Both the position numbers and the translations under genes were made by a program. A stretch of DNA of 36,371 nucleotides from Octopus bimaculoides (Eukaryota): NCBI RefSeq assembly GCF_001194135.2, contig NC_068983.1:4348099-4384469 (forward strand), given 5' to 3'. Position 1 is the stretch's first letter. Every line of letters starts with the position of its first letter. Below, piece by piece: positions 32,674 through 36,371 of the stretch. Below the pieces are notes generated by a model. The model did not search any database. It was not told where the DNA came from and was given only the letters and a program-made list of their open reading frames with translations.

Positions 32674-33585
32674 GACGCACGTAGATCCGTACGTTCGTTT
32701 CTTCGAACGTACGCACGTATATATGCTAAAGAACGAACGCACGAAGGTACGTACGTTCGTTTGTTCGAATGCACGCACGTATATATGCGAAAGAACGAAC
32801 GCACGTAGGTACGTGCGTTCGTCTGTTCGAACATATATACGTATATATACGAAAGAACGAACGCACGTAGGTGCATACGTAGGCACGTATACGTACGCAC
32901 GTATATATGCAAAAAAAGAACGCACGTAGGTTCGTACGTTTGTTTGTTCCAATGAACGCACGTATATAATCGAAAGAACGAACGCACGTATGTACGTACG
33001 TTCGTTTGTTCGAACGTACGCACATATATATGCGAAAGAACGAACGCACGTAGGTGCATAAGTACGCACGTATATATGCAAAAAAAGAACGCACGTAGGT
33101 TCGTACGTTTGTTTGTTCCAATGAACGCACGTATATATAGGTGCATACATTCGTTTGTTCGAGCGTCGGCACGTATATATGCGAAAGAACGAACGCACGT
33201 AGGTACGTACTTTCGGTTGTTCGAACATATATATGTATATATTCGAAAGAACGAACGCACGTAGGTGCAAACGTTCGTTTGCTCGAACGTACGCACGTAT
33301 ATATGCGAAAGAACAAACGTACGTACCTATGTGCCAACGTACCTGGTCGAACGTATGCGCGTATGTATGCGAAAGAACGGACGCAAGGACGTTCGTTTCG
33401 TTCGGACGGACGTACGTGCATGCGAAAGAACGGACGCAAGGACATTCGTTTTCGCCAGGACGGACGTACGTTCACGCGAAACGAACGGACGCACGTACCG
33501 TTCGTTTTAGCCAGGACGGACGTACGTTCACACGAAACGAACGGACGCACGTAACGTTCGTTTTCGCCAGGACGGACGTACGTTC
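32674..33585. repeat. CpG-rich palindromic satellite (about 62-bp units grading into 56-bp units)
   Basis: gaacgaacgcacg recurs at 32731, 32793, 32855 and 32976, 33038 (62-bp steps); gccaggacggacgtacg at 33454, 33510, 33566 (56-bp steps). Runs into a gap. Confidence 0.92.
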
Positions 33586-34039
33586 NNNNNNNNNNNNNNN
33601 NNNNNNNNNNNNNNNNNNNNNNNNNNNNNNNNNNNNNNNNNNNNNNNNNNNNNNNNNNNNNNNNNNNNNNNNNNNNNNNNNNNNNNNNNNNNNNNNNNNN
33701 NNNNNNNNNNNNNNNNNNNNNNNNNNNNNNNNNNNNNNNNNNNNNNNNNNNNNNNNNNNNNNNNNNNNNNNNNNNNNNNNNNNNACGGACTATATCATCC
33801 AAAACATTTCTTCTTAGATACAATATATCCCTTCAAGATAATAAGATACGACTTCAGGGAGCCCTGACTGCTATTTCTTGTAGATCATGCGACCACATAC
33901 AGGTTCATTCAACTGTGATATGTAAATTGTTCAGACTAAATTTGCATAAAAGGAAAGAAAAAACTATATTCCATACAATATAGAAATATTTTTTAAAAAG
34001 TCTAAAAATTTCAACGAAATTTTATGGCTGGGAAATAAC

Positions 34040-34741
34040 GGTTTACTCTAAGTAGCCGCTCTTAGATATCACCACGGCCTCAAGACAGACCCGAAACCTG
34101 GCGCATGCATTCCTCACTGGGTCCTTGAGAAGATCCTCCAACACCTCCGTGATCTTGGCCACCAGCTCAGCCTTGGTGCAAGCAGGCAGGGCGGTTGGTG
34201 TCTTTACCAACCGTGCCCTACACATAGTAAATCGGGATAAGTAGGAGGCCAGAAATTGAGGCTGGTGAAACCGGAGAAATTCTCTGACAAAACACTATTA
34301 ACTCTTTCGAGAGGTCTTGCAAAAGAGTCGAACCCTGTTGCTACTCATATATGGCCTTCCAGCAGCAATCCTCTCCATCCAGAGGTTGATCAGTCTCCAA
34401 CAGCTTCATGTTGTAGCTTGAACTGAGCCTAAGGCCCTGTTCCTCAATTGTTAAAGGAATTCCGGTGTGTCTCTTCCTGCTGGCCACGGCTTCGTCGTCT
34501 TACAGCCTTCTCAAGTGTTCACAGAGCAGTGAATAGCAGCCGTGATGTCGACATTTTCATACTCGGCGTGAATGTAACTCATTTCCAGTATTCAAATGTC
34601 TTCCAGTCCTCCATGTCAGCTAACTTTTTCGCAACTACCACTTTAATTTTTATGCTCTCCAACGCCGTTGTATGTTCACCAAAACATGAAGCTATTCCCG
34701 AAAAAGACAAAAAATCGCCAAATTTAGTCCGAACGGGCGTG
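34040..34741 (-). mobile_element. Decayed, internally deleted Tc1/mariner-superfamily transposon
   Basis: Minus-strand frames: QGLRLSS, WMERIAAGRPY, QQGS, ENFSGFTSLNFWPP, TKAELVAKI...NACARFRVCLEAVVISKSGYLE*. Right end ...cgggcgtg-TA; left TIR not identified. Confidence 0.8.
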
Positions 34742-35004
34742 TAAAGTATATAAGTTATCTCCCTTGGACCGTTTTTCGTACTGTATTATATGTAGTTATC
34801 TCCCTTACATTACTCGCCTTTCCCAGCTTCATGGGCGCCAACTACGTCTTTGCGTGCGATTGTTGAGCAGCCAGAAATAACAGCCAAATTCTTCTGAAAT
34901 AGTACTGTACTAAGTAAACGAAACCTATAAATCTACACTAAAAGCAGGTTGACAGTTCTCAGCTGGGATATTTGATAATATACCATTCTTTTTCCTTTAT
35001 ATAT

Positions 35005-35190
35005 ATTATTTGTCATTGGACTGTGGCCCTGCTGAAGTACAGCCTTGAAGGGTTTAATTAGACAAATGAACTCCAAGTACTTAGTCTATCGATCTTTCTG
35101 CTGAACCGATAAGTTACTGAAACATAATCAAATTAACGCAGGTTGTGAAGCGGTGGCAGAATGAATATTAAAACACACACACACACACAG
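35005..35190 (-). mobile_element. SINE family C 3' half, old copy
   Basis: ttgtcattggactgtggccctgctgaagtacagccttg...ctgaaccgataagttac...ggttgtgaagcggtgg, then (CA)n. Confidence 0.65.
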
Positions 35191-35917
35191 AATTCTTAGA
35201 CTACAGGTGATCGCAATATCTGGAAATATAAAAATCTGCAAGACTTTCTTAAGATTTAGCAAATGATGAACAAAACAAGATGCTTTCCTTCACAACCTTG
35301 CTACCAAATATGGTTGTCAGTCAAAATTTATTCTAAATTAAAAAGTAGAAGAGTACATTCATTCATATAATTGACTTGCCCCGGTCATTTCTTTCCTCCC
35401 ACCACCTCTCACCAACTTCTCTCTGCTGCTATTTGCTGACTACAAATGAAACTCACAATGACCTCTGTTCACCATCAGTTGCAGCCAGTTTCTTGTAAGG
35501 GTTTATCCTTTAACTTCTGCAGTACTGTAGACCATCCTTAGAAGCTGTAATGATTCTCCTAATTGAATCACAACAGAAACTTCACAATCCAAAATCCGAA
35601 ATATTAAAAATGCCACCAAATCAAACAGAATACAAAAGAACAGAATACAGAAAATATATTAAATTTATTATCTAAAATGAAAAAATTTACATGAATTTCC
35701 AAATATGATCAAAATTTGTACCAGATTTTTTTGTGTCTCTGAGGAAAATGTACCCCCACCAGCCACTCCCAGAAGTGGCGCTTTCTCTCTCTCTCTTTCT
35801 TTCATATTTCGGTGAAATAAATACACAACTTGGTCCAGTATAAATATCATCATTTAGAAACAGATCTAAATGACAGACCCAATCAGCTGTTTGATGATAA
35901 TTCCTGAAATAACAACA

Positions 35918-35949
<32 letters not shown>

Positions 35950-36019
35950 GAAATTAATAAAGGATAGAATTAACTTTCCAAATTCTAATCAAAAGGTAAA
36001 TACAAACATACACATGCAT

Positions 36020-36054
<35 letters not shown>

Positions 36055-36371
36055 GACGGTTTAGATATAGATTCAAGGCTTGAATATGGTACTTATGCGA
36101 AGGCACCCGAATATCACATCCCAAAAGGATGGGTGATTAAAATCAAATAATAAGCAACACGGATTTCAAAAGTGATTGCAGTACGCACGTTTCATGCTAC
36201 TTCAATTTATTTAAGTAATGTGAGCATTACCTTAAATGCAATATGAAGAGCAATCTTCAGCTGCACGAAAAAATGTAGAAAAAAAGACATATTACAAATG
36301 TGGCAACATATTAAAACCAAGTGGGAGAGAGCAGAGGAAGAATATATAAGTCCATCTTGACATAGCAGGGT

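Larger units (their letters stand above)
3505..33784. other. Assembly gaps (N runs)
   Basis: About 3505-3742, 5780-5840, 7471-8058, 12792-12915, 13665-13701, 15183-15192, 16455-17404, 19470-19938, 25573-26268, 28084-28788, 29340-29693, 33586-33784. Most abut simple repeats. Confidence 0.98.

Noticed and set aside
3352-33823. Long ORFs in the track (e.g. 16209-17474, 27980-28888, 25543-26433, 32726-33823, 4155-4717)
   Set aside because: They consist of N runs or translated micro/minisatellites, which lack stops by composition; no domain content.
35520-35560. Minus-strand RIITASKDG resembling a WD40 strand
   Set aside because: The frame stops six codons later and no good donor follows; nine residues are insufficient.

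Overview
Eukaryotic, AT-rich, repeat-saturated draft-assembly DNA with 12 N gaps. I infer a coleoid cephalopod (Octopus) from the tRNA-derived SINE families and extreme microsatellite load; this is recognition from memory, not a database result. I cannot support any intact host protein-coding gene, tRNA/rRNA gene or CRISPR array, and most ORFs in the track are artefacts of N runs and simple repeats. Supported content: four recurrent SINE/short-repeat families (about 25 copies), decayed non-LTR retroelements (RLE-type/R4-Dong-like, Penelope-like RT + GIY-YIG, RTE, CR1/L2/Jockey-like 3' ends), four Tc1/mariner relics, a hAT MITE, a pogo/Tigger-like MITE, mini/microsatellites and a CpG-rich palindromic satellite. 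Most interesting observations: (1) a 2.7-kb stack of same-orientation RLE-retroelement 3' ends separated by (TAA)n tracts; (2) a TSD-flanked SINE carrying a 121-bp insert 118/121 identical to a LINE remnant 9.7 kb away, with microhomology at both junctions; (3) a six-fold 18-nt reiteration at a retroelement 5' truncation point; (4) clustered degenerate hammerhead-ribozyme motifs; (5) unique islands with ETS/YY1/CCAAT/CTCF motifs that may mark promoters or non-coding exons. Boundaries are read by eye, so expect +/-10-30 bp except where TIRs or TSDs are quoted.
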